This document shows positions 44,401-54,014 of a DNA stretch of 64,000 nucleotides, piece by piece. Each line of letters opens with the position of its first letter. The stretch's first letter is position 1. Source of the stretch: an uncultured Acidobacteriota bacterium. Its GTDB lineage: Bacteria; Acidobacteriota; Thermoanaerobaculia; Multivoradales; UBA5704. A program made the position numbers and the translations under genes. Under the pieces are notes generated by a model. The model made no database searches, had not been told where the DNA came from, and saw only the letters and a program-made list of their open reading frames with translations. The stretch covers positions 832,001-896,000 of the forward strand of contig CAVYRF010000002.1 of NCBI GenBank assembly GCA_963770895.1, given 5' to 3'.

Positions 44401-45219
44401 ATGGCTCAGACCGAGGTTGCGGAACAGACTGCGCAGCGCACCCTGGTCCGGTACGAGGTGCGTGAGGGCGTGGCCTATCTGACGCTCGACGATCCGCCGG
44501 CCAACACTTACACCCACGAGATGATGCGGCAGCTGGACGCCGCCATCCTGCAGGCCCGCTTCGACGCCAACGTCCACGTGCTGGTGCTGGTCGGCAACGG
44601 CGACAAGTTCTTCTGCGCCGGCGCCAACATCCAGATGCTGTCCGAGGCGGAACCCAACTTCAAGTACTACTTCTGCCTGCACGCCAACGAGACGCTCAAC
44701 CGGCTGGAGCAGACGCCGAAGCTGGTCATCGCGGCGCTCAACGGCCACACCGTCGGCGGCGGCCTTGAAATCGCCATGGCGGCCGATCTGCGCATCGCCA
44801 AGCGCAATGCCGGCAAGGTCGGCTTGCCGGAGATCAACCTCGGCGTGCTCCCCGGTACCGGCGGCACCCAGCGGCTGGCCCGCCTGGTCGGCAAGTCGCG
44901 CGCCATCGAGCTGATGACCACCGGCCGCCTCATCACCTTCGAAGAGGCGCAGGACATGGACATCGTCAATCAGATCTTCGAGCCGCAGGACTTCGCGGCG
45001 CAGATCCACACCTACGCCCGCCAGTTCTGCCCGCCCGGCCGCGCCGCCAAGGCGGTGGGACGCATCAAGCGGTCGGTGCAGTCGGGCGCCGAAGTGCCGT
45101 TCGAAAGCGGCCTGGCCATCGAGCGGGAACTGCAGCAGCAGCTGTTCGAGAGCAAGGACGCGCGCGAAGGCCTGGACGCCTACATCGGCAAGCGGCAGCC
45201 GCAGTTCAAGGGGCTGTAA
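44401..45219 (+). CDS. Enoyl-CoA hydratase/isomerase family protein
   Basis: FCAGAN, GGGLE, PEINLGVLPG. Confidence 0.9.
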   Translation: MAQTEVAEQTAQRTLVRYEVREGVAYLTLDDPPANTYTHEMMRQLDAAILQARFDANVHVLVLVGNGDKFFCAGANIQMLSEAEPNFKYYFCLHANETLNRLEQTPKLVIAALNGHTVGGGLEIAMAADLRIAKRNAGKVGLPEINLGVLPGTGGTQRLARLVGKSRAIELMTTGRLITFEEAQDMDIVNQIFEPQDFAAQIHTYARQFCPPGRAAKAVGRIKRSVQSGAEVPFESGLAIERELQQQLFESKDAREGLDAYIGKRQPQFKGL

Positions 45220-45229
45220 AGGGACTGTG

Positions 45230-46483
45230 ATGGACAAGGGCGGCCCGCAGCCCGACGACATCGTGCTGGCGGCACCGGTACGCACGCCGATCGGCAAGTT
45301 CGGCGGCGTGCTGGCGGCGCTGTCGGCGGCCGACCTGGGCGTCGCGGCCGCTGCCGCCGCGCTCCAACGCGCGGGGGTGCCGCCGCAAGCGGTCGACCAG
45401 GTCATTTTCGGCCACGCGCGGCAGGCGGGCGGCGGCCCCAACACCGCCCGCCAGATTTCGCATCGCGCCGGCGTGCCGGACGACCGCCCCGCCTTCACCG
45501 TCAACCAGGCCTGCGGCTCGGGCCTGCAGGCGGTGCTGTGCGCCGCCCGCGCCATCCGCCTCGGCGAAGCGCGGGTGGTGCTCGCCGGCGGCACCGAAAG
45601 CATGTCCAACACCCCCTACCTGCTGCCGCGCGCGCGGTGGGGGTACCGTCTCGGGCACGCCGAAATCGTCGACGGCATGTACCGCGACGGCTTCAACGAC
45701 CCACTGTCCGGCCTGGTCATGGGAGAGACGGCCGAAGAGCTGGCGGCGGAGGCGGGCATCGACCGCGCCGCCGCCGACGCCTATGCGCTGCAAAGCCAGG
45801 CCCGCTGCGAGCAGGCCCGCGCCGCCGGCCGGTTCGCCGGCGAGCTGGTGCCGGTCACGGTACAGGGCAAAAAGGGCGACCAGGTGGTGGACCGCGACGA
45901 GCATCCACGCGACGGCACCACCCTGGCGGCGCTCGGCCGCATGGCGCCGGTGTTCCGCGACGCCGGCACCGTCACCGCCGGCAACGCCTCGGGCATCACC
46001 GACGGCGCCGCCGCCCTGATCGTCGCCTCGCGCCAGGCGGCCACCGACCTGGGGCTGCCGATCGCCGCGCGGCTGATCGCCTGGGAAGTCGTCGGCGTCG
46101 AGCCGCGCATCATGGGGATCGGCCCGGTGCCCGCCGTCGAGCGCCTGCTGGCACGCACCGGCTTCGCCCTGAGCGAGCCCGCGGCGGCCACCGGCACCGC
46201 CACCGCCGCCAACGACATCGATGCCGTCGAGCTCAACGAAGCGTTTGCCTCGCAGGTGCTGGCCTGCCTGAAGGGCCTGCACCTCCCCGCTGACAGCCAG
46301 CTGGTCAACCGGGATGGCGGCGCCATCGCCCTGGGCCACCCCATCGGCGCCACCGGCGCGCGCATCCTGGTCACCCTGCTCCACGGCCTCGCGGCGCGCA
46401 ACCAGAAGCGCGGCATCGCCACCCTGTGCGTGTCCGGCGGCCTGGGCCTGGCCGCCCTGGTCGAGCGCGAGGATGCGGCATGA
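45230..46483 (+). CDS. Acetyl-CoA C-acyltransferase (thiolase)
   Basis: NQACGSG, NEAFA, GHPIGATG, CVSGG. Confidence 0.94.
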   Translation: MDKGGPQPDDIVLAAPVRTPIGKFGGVLAALSAADLGVAAAAAALQRAGVPPQAVDQVIFGHARQAGGGPNTARQISHRAGVPDDRPAFTVNQACGSGLQAVLCAARAIRLGEARVVLAGGTESMSNTPYLLPRARWGYRLGHAEIVDGMYRDGFNDPLSGLVMGETAEELAAEAGIDRAAADAYALQSQARCEQARAAGRFAGELVPVTVQGKKGDQVVDRDEHPRDGTTLAALGRMAPVFRDAGTVTAGNASGITDGAAALIVASRQAATDLGLPIAARLIAWEVVGVEPRIMGIGPVPAVERLLARTGFALSEPAAATGTATAANDIDAVELNEAFASQVLACLKGLHLPADSQLVNRDGGAIALGHPIGATGARILVTLLHGLAARNQKRGIATLCVSGGLGLAALVEREDAA

Positions 46484-47454
46484 CCTGGGCGCCCGTCGTG
46501 GTGTCGTCCGCCGGCGAAGAGCGGGTGCGCCCCTACGTCCAGGCCCTGCAGGCGGCCGGCGTACCGGCGGAAGCGATCCGCGTCGTCACGCCGGACGGCC
46601 TGGCCGATCTGCCCGACGCGACGGACCTGGCGGCCACGGCATCCGGCGGTTGCGGCTGCGACGCCAAGGCAACGGACGCTGCGCGGTCACTGGCGGCACC
46701 GCCGGCACAGGCCGGCGCGGCTGCCGCGGCGGCGGCGGCGATGGCGGGGGCCGCCGGCCTGGTGCTGTGCGGCGGCTGCGACGTGGCGCCCCAGCTCTAT
46801 GGCGAAGCGCCGCTGGCGGGCGCCGGGCTGTCCCTGCTGCCGGCCAGGGACGCCCTGGAATGGGAGCTGCTGGTGGTGGCGCGCGCGCGGCGCCTGCCGG
46901 TGTGGGGCGTCTGCCGCGGGTTCCAGCTGCTCAACGTCTTCTTCGGCGGTTCGCTATGGCAGGACCTGGCCTTGCAGCGGCCCAGCGCGGTGGCGCACGA
47001 GGCGGTGCAGCCGCTGGACCTGTTGTCGCACTCCGTACAGGTGATCGCACCGGACGCCCCGCTGGGCAACCGCCTTGCCGACGGCGGCGCGCCGCTGCTG
47101 GTCAACAGCCGCCACCACCAGGGCGTCAAGCGCCTGGGCGCCGGCCTGCAGGCCGTTGCCGCGGCACCCGACGGCTTGATCGAAGCCGCGATCCTGGCGC
47201 CGGCGCCCGCGGCGCCCGGCTCCGGCGGCGCGGGCGGGGCCGGCGGCTGGTGGGTGCGGGGGGTCGAATGGCACCCCGAAAACCTCCTGGACCTGCCCCA
47301 GCACCTGGCCTTGTGGCGCGACTTCGCCGCGGCGCTTGCCGCATCCGCGGCGCGGGCCGCCGGCGCCGCTCCTGATCATGCCGTCGCGGCCGCCCTTCCT
47401 GGGGGCGCCGCGGAAGCCCCCGCCGGCGTCGCCGCGGCGCCGACTGCTGCCTGA
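46480..47454 (+). CDS. Gamma-glutamyl hydrolase (peptidase C26/PuuD-like)
   Basis: GVCRGFQLLN, NSRHHQ, EWHPE. Confidence 0.87.
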   Translation: MTWAPVVVSSAGEERVRPYVQALQAAGVPAEAIRVVTPDGLADLPDATDLAATASGGCGCDAKATDAARSLAAPPAQAGAAAAAAAAMAGAAGLVLCGGCDVAPQLYGEAPLAGAGLSLLPARDALEWELLVVARARRLPVWGVCRGFQLLNVFFGGSLWQDLALQRPSAVAHEAVQPLDLLSHSVQVIAPDAPLGNRLADGGAPLLVNSRHHQGVKRLGAGLQAVAAAPDGLIEAAILAPAPAAPGSGGAGGAGGWWVRGVEWHPENLLDLPQHLALWRDFAAALAASAARAAGAAPDHAVAAALPGGAAEAPAGVAAAPTAA

Positions 47455-47465
47455 GATTCAGGCGG

Positions 47466-48242
47466 ATGGACGCGACCATGGAACCGATCCTCTGCGCTCG
47501 CGCCGGACATGCGGCGGTGGTGACTCTCAATGGGCCGCCGCTCAACATCCTCGACCTGGCCGCGCTCGGCGCGCTGCGCCAGACCTTGGCCGAGCTGGCG
47601 GCGGACCGCGAGCTGACGGTGGTCATCCTGCGCGGCGCCGGCGAGCGCGCGTTCTGCGCCGGCACCGCCGTCCAGGATCACGCCCCGGACCGGGTGGCCG
47701 ACATGTTGTCCGGCCTGCGCCAGGTGATCGAGCAGGTGCGCGCGCTGCCGGCCCTGGTCATCGCGGCGGTGGCCGGCCACTGCCTGGGCGGCGGCATGGA
47801 GCTCGCCCTCGGCTGTGACATGGTGCTCGCCACCGAGGACGCCCGTTTCGGCCAGCCCGAAGTGGGCCTCGGCTGCTTTCCGCCGGTGGCCACCGCGCTG
47901 TACCCAGCGCTTCTGGGACCCGCGCGGACGCTGGAGCTGCTCGCCTTCGGCAAGGGCATGGATGCCCGCAAGGCCGAACGTCTCGGCCTGGTGCAGCGCC
48001 TGGTACCGGCCGGGCGCCTGGTCGAGGGCTGCGAATCGCTGCTCTCCGAGCTGAGCACCAAAAGCGCCCCCGTTTTGCGTCTAATCAAGCAGGCGGTAGC
48101 CGCCAGCCGCGGCCTGCCGTTCGCCGCGGCCCTTGCCGAAAGCGAGCGCATCTACCTGGAAGAGCTGACGCGCCTCGAAGACATGCGCGAAGGCGTCACC
48201 GCTTTCCTGGAGAAGCGTCCGCCGGTCTGGAAGAATCGCTGA
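47466..48242 (+). CDS. Enoyl-CoA hydratase family (dienoyl-CoA hydratase-like)
   Basis: PPLNIL, GGGMEL, QPEVGLGCFPP. Confidence 0.85.
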   Translation: MDATMEPILCARAGHAAVVTLNGPPLNILDLAALGALRQTLAELAADRELTVVILRGAGERAFCAGTAVQDHAPDRVADMLSGLRQVIEQVRALPALVIAAVAGHCLGGGMELALGCDMVLATEDARFGQPEVGLGCFPPVATALYPALLGPARTLELLAFGKGMDARKAERLGLVQRLVPAGRLVEGCESLLSELSTKSAPVLRLIKQAVAASRGLPFAAALAESERIYLEELTRLEDMREGVTAFLEKRPPVWKNR

Positions 48243-48384
48243 GCCGCGGCCAGCCCCAGGCTGGCGGTCCTCGGCGCTGCTGCGGGCGCGGCCCCGGCCG
48301 GGGTGCGGCAAGGCGGCAGCAGCGCGCGGTACGCGGGCGGGCGTTGGACGTGATCAAGAGACGGACCGACAAGGAGATCTGGTG

Positions 48385-49161
48385 ATGGCTGGAACGATCC
48401 TGGAAGAGCGGGAGGGCCGCGTTGCCATCCTGACGTTCAATCGACCCGACAAGCTCAATGCCCTCAACGAAGAAGTGCGCACCGACCTGCTGGCCAGCCT
48501 GGCGGCGCTGGAAGGGGACGACGCGATCGGTGTCGTGGTCGTGACCGGCGCCGGGGACAAATCCTTCATCGCCGGCGCCGACATCGGCGAATTCGCCGGC
48601 CGCACGCCGTTCGATCAGCGGCACGCGATGCGCAGCCCGCGGATCTTCGATGCCATGGCCTCCTTCCCGAAGCCGGTGATCGCCATGATCAACGGCTTCT
48701 GCCTGGGGGGCGGATGCGAAGTGGCGATGTCGTGCGACATCCGCCTCGCGTCCGAAAAAGCGCGCTTCGGCCAGCCTGAGATCAATCTCGGCCTGATCCC
48801 CGGCGGCGGCGGCACGCAGCGCCTCTCTCGGCTGGTCGGCCTCGGCCACGCCATGCGGCTGGTCTTGACCGGCGACATGATCGGCGCCGCCGAGGCGCGT
48901 GACATCGGCCTGGTCGACCTGGTGGTGCCGCACGACGAGCTGCGCGCCCGCACCCTTGAGATGGCGGCCAGGATCGCCGGCAAGAGCCCCCTGACCTTGC
49001 GGGTCGCCAAGGAGGCGGTGCGCGCCGGACAACGGCTCTCGATCGAGGACGGCATCCTCTACGAGCGAGACCTGTTCTGCCTCTGCTTCTCCTCCGCCGA
49101 CAAGGAAGAAGGGGTCAAGGCCTTCCTCGAAAAGCGTCCGGCGCAGTGGCAGGGCCGCTGA
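48385..49161 (+). CDS. Enoyl-CoA hydratase (crotonase)
   Basis: AGADIGE, GGGCE, QPEINLGLIPGGGGTQRL. Confidence 0.9.
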   Translation: MAGTILEEREGRVAILTFNRPDKLNALNEEVRTDLLASLAALEGDDAIGVVVVTGAGDKSFIAGADIGEFAGRTPFDQRHAMRSPRIFDAMASFPKPVIAMINGFCLGGGCEVAMSCDIRLASEKARFGQPEINLGLIPGGGGTQRLSRLVGLGHAMRLVLTGDMIGAAEARDIGLVDLVVPHDELRARTLEMAARIAGKSPLTLRVAKEAVRAGQRLSIEDGILYERDLFCLCFSSADKEEGVKAFLEKRPAQWQGR

Positions 49162-49300
49162 CCCCTGGTCCCTGAGAGATAACGCCAGGCAGGCCAGACC
49201 AAGAACCCTCCGTCGCCGCGGCAGGACGCACGGCATGGGGGTGCAACGGATGCGATGACGTGGAGGGGAGGCTACGATGGAGACGGAGGGGACCCGGGTG

Positions 49301-50455
49301 ATGACCGAAACCGAGGATCTGCTGGCGTGGCGCCGGGAGTTCCCGATCCTCGAGCAGACGACCTACCTGATCAACAACTCCCTGGGGGCCATGCCGCGCG
49401 GGGTGCAGGACGAAATGGCGACCTTCATGGCCGAATGGGGGCAGCGCGGAGTCCGCGCGTGGAGCGAGGGGTGGTGGGAAATGTCCGCCACCACCGGCGA
49501 CCTGCTGGCGCCGCTGCTGGGCGTCGGCAAGGGTCAGATCGCCATGCACCAGAACGTTTCGATGGCGGCCGCCGTCTTCTTTTCCTGCTTCGACTACCCC
49601 CCCGAACGCAACCGCATCGTCTACACCGGGCTGAACTTCCCCAACGTGATGTACCTGGCCGAAGGGGAGCGGCGCAAGGGCGCCGAAATCGTCGTGGTGC
49701 CGTCCGACGACGGGATCGGGGTGCCGGTCGAGCGCCTGCTGGCGGCGATCGACCATCGCACGCGGCTGGTCCCCATCTCGCACACGCTGTTTCGCAGCGC
49801 CTTCGTGCAGGACGCCGCCGCCATCGCGCGCCGCTGCCGCGAGGTCGGCGCGATCCTGCTGCTCGACGTCTACCAGTCCGCGGGCGCGGTGCCCCTGGAG
49901 CTCGCCGCCTGGGGCGTGGACGCGGCCGTCGGCGGCTCGGTCAAATGGCTGTGCGGCGGCCCCGGCGCGGGTTTCCTGTGGGTGCGGCCCGACCTCGCGG
50001 GGGAGCTCCAGCCGGCGCTCACCGGCTGGCAGGCCGACAGCGATCCGTTCGCCTTCCGTCCCGGTCCCGTCCACTACGCCGAAACTCCCTGGCGCTTCCT
50101 CACCGGTACTCCCAACGTCCCGGCGCTCTATTCCTGCCGCGCCGGCTACCGCATCGTGGCGGGGGTGGGGTCCAGGCGTATTCGCGAGCGCTCGCTGGCA
50201 CTGACCAGCCACCTGATCGCCGCCGCCGAAAACGCCGGGTTCGAAGTGCGCACGCCGCGCGACCCGGCGCGTCGCGGCGGCACCGTCTCGGTGTGGCACG
50301 AGCGGGCCGAAGCCCTCTGCCGGCAGTTGATCGAGCGCGAGGTGATCTGCGACTATCGGCCCAACGCCGGCATCCGACTTTCGCCTCATTTTTACAATAC
50401 GGAGGCAGAGTGTAGCCATGCCATCGAAACTCTCATTTCCCTGGTCGCTGCGTGA
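49301..50455 (+). CDS. Kynureninase-like PLP enzyme (class V)
   Basis: NNSLG, DVYQSAG, SVKWLCGGPG, GTPN. Confidence 0.8.
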   Translation: MTETEDLLAWRREFPILEQTTYLINNSLGAMPRGVQDEMATFMAEWGQRGVRAWSEGWWEMSATTGDLLAPLLGVGKGQIAMHQNVSMAAAVFFSCFDYPPERNRIVYTGLNFPNVMYLAEGERRKGAEIVVVPSDDGIGVPVERLLAAIDHRTRLVPISHTLFRSAFVQDAAAIARRCREVGAILLLDVYQSAGAVPLELAAWGVDAAVGGSVKWLCGGPGAGFLWVRPDLAGELQPALTGWQADSDPFAFRPGPVHYAETPWRFLTGTPNVPALYSCRAGYRIVAGVGSRRIRERSLALTSHLIAAAENAGFEVRTPRDPARRGGTVSVWHERAEALCRQLIEREVICDYRPNAGIRLSPHFYNTEAECSHAIETLISLVAA

Positions 50456-50579
50456 CCCGTTTTGGCCATGTGAGAGCACCAGACAAAGTAGAAACGTCTT
50501 GCGCAAATGAAGCAGTTGAAGAGTTTATTCCTGCATGGTTAAATATTGATGCGTCGATGAACGGCGGGGGATCAGGGGA

Positions 50580-51587
50580 TTGAGCGTTCGCTACAAGAGT
50601 CTGCTGTCGTCCACCATTGCGCTCTCGGCGATTGCGCTGATCGCGCTCGGCGTGCTGCGGCCCCACCTCAACGCGCAAGTGCAGGAAGTGCTCTGGATCG
50701 CCCTGTCGGCCGGTCTGCTGGCGGGCATCGCGACCTGGATCGCGGTGCGGCGCATCTCGCGTCCCCTGCGGCGGCTCGCGGACGCGATGTCGGTCATGGC
50801 CAAGACCGGGACCCTCCACAGCGATCTTCAGCGCTCGTCCGGCAACCGCGACGTGCGCCTGATCGAGGAGACCTTCCGCACCCTGCTGGTGTCGCTGGTC
50901 GACTCGCAGCGCGCGCGGGAGCGCTCCTACGTCGAAGCGGTGGGCGCCGTGGTCACCGCCGCCGATGCCCGCGACCACGAAACCACCGGTCACTCCTTCC
51001 GCGTCGCCCTCTACGGCATGGCGCTGGCGCGCTCGCTCGGCCTGCCCGCCGACATGCTCAAGGCGATCGAATGGGGCGCCCTGCTGCACGACGTCGGCAA
51101 GATGGCGGTCCCCGACAACATCCTGCGCAAGGAAGGGCCGCTCACCGCCAACGAATGGCACATCATGAAACAGCACCCCACCTGGGGTTTCGACATGCTG
51201 GCCGAGGTGAGCTTCCTGCAGCCCGCGGCGCTCGAAATCGTCTACAACCACCACGAACGCTGGGACGGCCAGGGTTACCCGCGCAAGCTCGCCGGTGAGC
51301 AGATCCCGCTGGCCGCCCGCGTCTTCGCGGTGGTCGACACCTACGACGCCATCACCTCCGACCGCCCCTACCGCCGCGCCCGCAGCCACGGCGCCGCGAT
51401 CGCGGAACTGGAGCGGGTCTCCGGCCAGCAGCTCGATCCCAAGATGGTGACCGCCTTCCGGCGCCTGCCAGAGCTGGAGCTGCGCCAGCTCACCGAGCGC
51501 TGCCGCAAGATCCATCCCGGCCTCAGCCTCCCCGACGACCTGCTGGACTCGCTCACCAACACTCCCCCCGTCGCCATCAGCGGCTGA
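50580..51587 (+). CDS. Membrane HAMP + HD-GYP cyclic-dinucleotide phosphodiesterase
   Basis: Two TMs, HAMP-like region, LLHDVGK, HHERWDGQGYP. Confidence 0.9.
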   Translation: MSVRYKSLLSSTIALSAIALIALGVLRPHLNAQVQEVLWIALSAGLLAGIATWIAVRRISRPLRRLADAMSVMAKTGTLHSDLQRSSGNRDVRLIEETFRTLLVSLVDSQRARERSYVEAVGAVVTAADARDHETTGHSFRVALYGMALARSLGLPADMLKAIEWGALLHDVGKMAVPDNILRKEGPLTANEWHIMKQHPTWGFDMLAEVSFLQPAALEIVYNHHERWDGQGYPRKLAGEQIPLAARVFAVVDTYDAITSDRPYRRARSHGAAIAELERVSGQQLDPKMVTAFRRLPELELRQLTERCRKIHPGLSLPDDLLDSLTNTPPVAISG

Positions 51588-51595
51588 CCGGGGGC

Positions 51596-51743
51596 CTAGT
51601 ACTACTGTGTCACGCCAGCAGAAAAAGCCTGCCAGCGTTGAATTCCACGAAATTTTCAGAAGTATTCAATTGAAATACGCAAAGTACTGAGACAGAATAA
51701 CTTGCACGGCAGCCTGTGCGAGTTTGTGACACTGTAGTACTAG
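51596..51743. mobile_element. MITE-like element, family B
   Basis: TIRs CTAGTACTACTGTGTCAC...GTGACACTGTAGTACTAG (one mismatch); AT-rich interior. Confidence 0.75.
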
Positions 51744-51946
51744 TGGCCTGTATCAGAGAAATCGGCAGCGCCTGGCTTGCCCTCGACGGCGGGGGCGGCG
51801 TTGCGACCTGCCGGAAGTGCCGGGACAGGCGACAGCCCCGGCCGCCTCCTCGACATAGGTTCGACTATGCCTGCGTCGGCGCGCCTGGCCCGCGCCGCCG
51901 AATGGCGGCGCCATCCGCCGCCAATTTCACTGATACAGGCCACTAG
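51740..51946. mobile_element. MITE-like element, family A copy 2 (inverted relative to copy 1)
   Basis: TIRs CTAGTGGCCTGTATCAG...CTGATACAGGCCACTAG; internal TCCTCGACATAGGTTCGACTATGCCTGC. Confidence 0.8.
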
Positions 51947-52018
51947 CCCGGCCCCCCCGCCGCGCGGGGCAGGCCAGGCTTTCGATTCGAACAGGACCGG
52001 CCGCCGAACGCTGGCGGC

Positions 52019-52981
52019 TCAGGGGATGCCGTAGCGGCGGCGCTTCTCCCACAGGGCTTTGCGGCTGATGCCGAGCAGCTGGGCCGCCTGGCCCTGGTGG
52101 CCGCGGCTGTAGGCGAGGGCGCGGCGGATCTGCTCCCGCTCCACTTCCAGAAGAGGGCGCGGCGCCGGCTCGGCCGTGCCGGGCGGCCAGGATGGGTCGG
52201 CGAGCGGCGGCGGGTCCAGGGTCTGCACGCCGTCCGGCGCGGCGGCGCCCAGGATCAGGCTGCGCTCCAGGACGTTGCGCAGCTGGCGGAGGTTGCCGGG
52301 CCAGGAATGCGCCAGCATCCACTCCGCCGCCGCCGGCGACAGCGCCAGCGCGGGGCGGCCGAAGCGCTCGGCCAGGTCGCGCATCAAGTCGGCGAAGAGC
52401 ACCGGCAGGTCGGCCCGCCGGTCGCGCAACGGCGGCAGGTGGAAGGCGACCACTTCCAGGCGGTAGTAGAGATCGGCGCGGAAGGCGCCGCGGGTCACCC
52501 AATCCGCCAGGTCGTCGGGGCCGATGGCCAGAAACCGGGCGCTGGTGTCGGTCTCGTCGCCGCCCAGCGGGGCGTAGCGTCGCTCGGCCAGGAGGCGCAG
52601 CAGCTTGGGCTGGCTGGCCAGCGGCAGCTCCTCGATGTGGTCGAGGACCAGCGATCCTCCCGCAGCCCGCGCCACGCGGCCTTCGGCATCGCCGGCGGCG
52701 CCGGTGAAGGCTCCGGCGCGATAGCCGAAGAGCTCGCTTTCGAACAGCGCGCTCGGCAGGGCGCCGGGGTCCACTTCGACCAACGGGCCGCCGGCGTGGC
52801 CGCTGGCCGCGTGCAGCGCTCGCGCCAGGCTGGACCGGCCGCTGCCCGGCTCGCCCAGGACGAGGATCGGAGCGTCGGTCGCCGCCGCCCGTTCGACGCC
52901 GCGCAGACACCCTGCCAGGGCCGGGTAGTCGCCGCGCAGACGGTGCAGTGAAAAGGGGAGGGAAACGGGGGCCGGCGCCAC
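52019..52981 (-). CDS. Sigma54-interaction AAA+ protein with Fis-type HTH and no regulatory domain
   Basis: GEPGSGRS, ESELFG, GAFTGA, FRADLYYRL, WPGNLRQL, C-terminal HTH. Confidence 0.85.
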   Translation of the reverse strand: MAPAPVSLPFSLHRLRGDYPALAGCLRGVERAAATDAPILVLGEPGSGRSSLARALHAASGHAGGPLVEVDPGALPSALFESELFGYRAGAFTGAAGDAEGRVARAAGGSLVLDHIEELPLASQPKLLRLLAERRYAPLGGDETDTSARFLAIGPDDLADWVTRGAFRADLYYRLEVVAFHLPPLRDRRADLPVLFADLMRDLAERFGRPALALSPAAAEWMLAHSWPGNLRQLRNVLERSLILGAAAPDGVQTLDPPPLADPSWPPGTAEPAPRPLLEVEREQIRRALAYSRGHQGQAAQLLGISRKALWEKRRRYGIP

Positions 52982-53000
52982 TAGTCCCGGGCCACTGGCG

Positions 53001-53384
53001 TCAGGGACGCGGCGTCGCGAACTCTGCGGTCACGTCGGGCGCGTCGCCCCACAACCGTTCGAGCGCGTAGAAGCGGCGCGGCTCTTCCTGGAAGACGTGC
53101 ACCACCAGGTCGCCATAGTCGAGCAGCGCCCACTGGCCGCGGTTGTACCCTTCGACGTGCAGCGGGCGCACCTTCTCACCGCGCAACCGCTCCTGCACGG
53201 CGTCGGCGATCGCCTGGACCTGCCGCTCGCTGCTGCCGCTGCAGATCACGAAGTAGTCGGTGAAGTCGCTCACCTTCTCAAGGTGCAGCACCTTGAGATC
53301 GATCGCCTTGCGATCTTCGGCGGAGACCACCGCCGCTTTCACGCGGCTGGCGGTATCGGGAGCGCTGGAGGGTTGGGCCTTCAT
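53001..53384 (-). CDS. rsfS: Ribosome silencing factor
   Basis: DYFVICSG, WALLDYGD, FYALERLW. Confidence 0.93.
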   Translation of the reverse strand: MKAQPSSAPDTASRVKAAVVSAEDRKAIDLKVLHLEKVSDFTDYFVICSGSSERQVQAIADAVQERLRGEKVRPLHVEGYNRGQWALLDYGDLVVHVFQEEPRRFYALERLWGDAPDVTAEFATPRP

Positions 53385-54001
53385 CGATACAGACTGTATT
53401 TCTGGATGAATTCTACCACCAATCCAGGCAGCCAGCCGGGCGGCAGCGATTCGCCGCGCGCCAGCAGCTCGCGCACCCGCGTCGAGGAAACTTCGACCTG
53501 GGTCTGCGTCAGGACGTGCACCCGGTCGCTCGCCGCCAGTGCCGCCACCGCGGCCGGCAAGGCGCCGGGCTGGCCGGTCTGCTCGCCTGCCAGGGGGAAG
53601 CCCGGCCGGGCCAGCACCACCAGGCGCGCCGCGGCCACGATGTCCGCGAAGCGAACCCACTGCGGCAGATCGACAAAGGAGTCGCCGCCAAGGATCAGGT
53701 GGAGCTCTGCCTGCGGCAGCTGGCGCTGGAAGTGCTCCAGCGTGTCGATGGTGTAGGCGGGCCGCTCCGGCGTCAGCTCATGGGGCGACACGACCAGGCC
53801 GGGCTCCGCCAGCAGGGCCAGCTCCACCATGGCATAGCGCGCCAGTGCCGGCGCCTGGGCGCCGCCGCGCTTGTGCGGCGCCCTGGCGGTCGGCAGGTAG
53901 ATGACCTGGTCGAGGCCGAGCGCGCGGCGCGCCTGCTTCACCGGCTCGATGTGGCCCCGGTGAATGGGATCGAAGCTGCCGCCAAAAAGGCCGATCTTCA
54001 T
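53381..54001 (-). CDS. nadD: Nicotinate-nucleotide adenylyltransferase
   Basis: GGSFDPIHRGH, YTIDTL, SSTRVR. Confidence 0.94.
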   Translation of the reverse strand: MKIGLFGGSFDPIHRGHIEPVKQARRALGLDQVIYLPTARAPHKRGGAQAPALARYAMVELALLAEPGLVVSPHELTPERPAYTIDTLEHFQRQLPQAELHLILGGDSFVDLPQWVRFADIVAAARLVVLARPGFPLAGEQTGQPGALPAAVAALAASDRVHVLTQTQVEVSSTRVRELLARGESLPPGWLPGLVVEFIQKYSLYR

Positions 54002-54014
54002 CGGTTCGCCGGCG

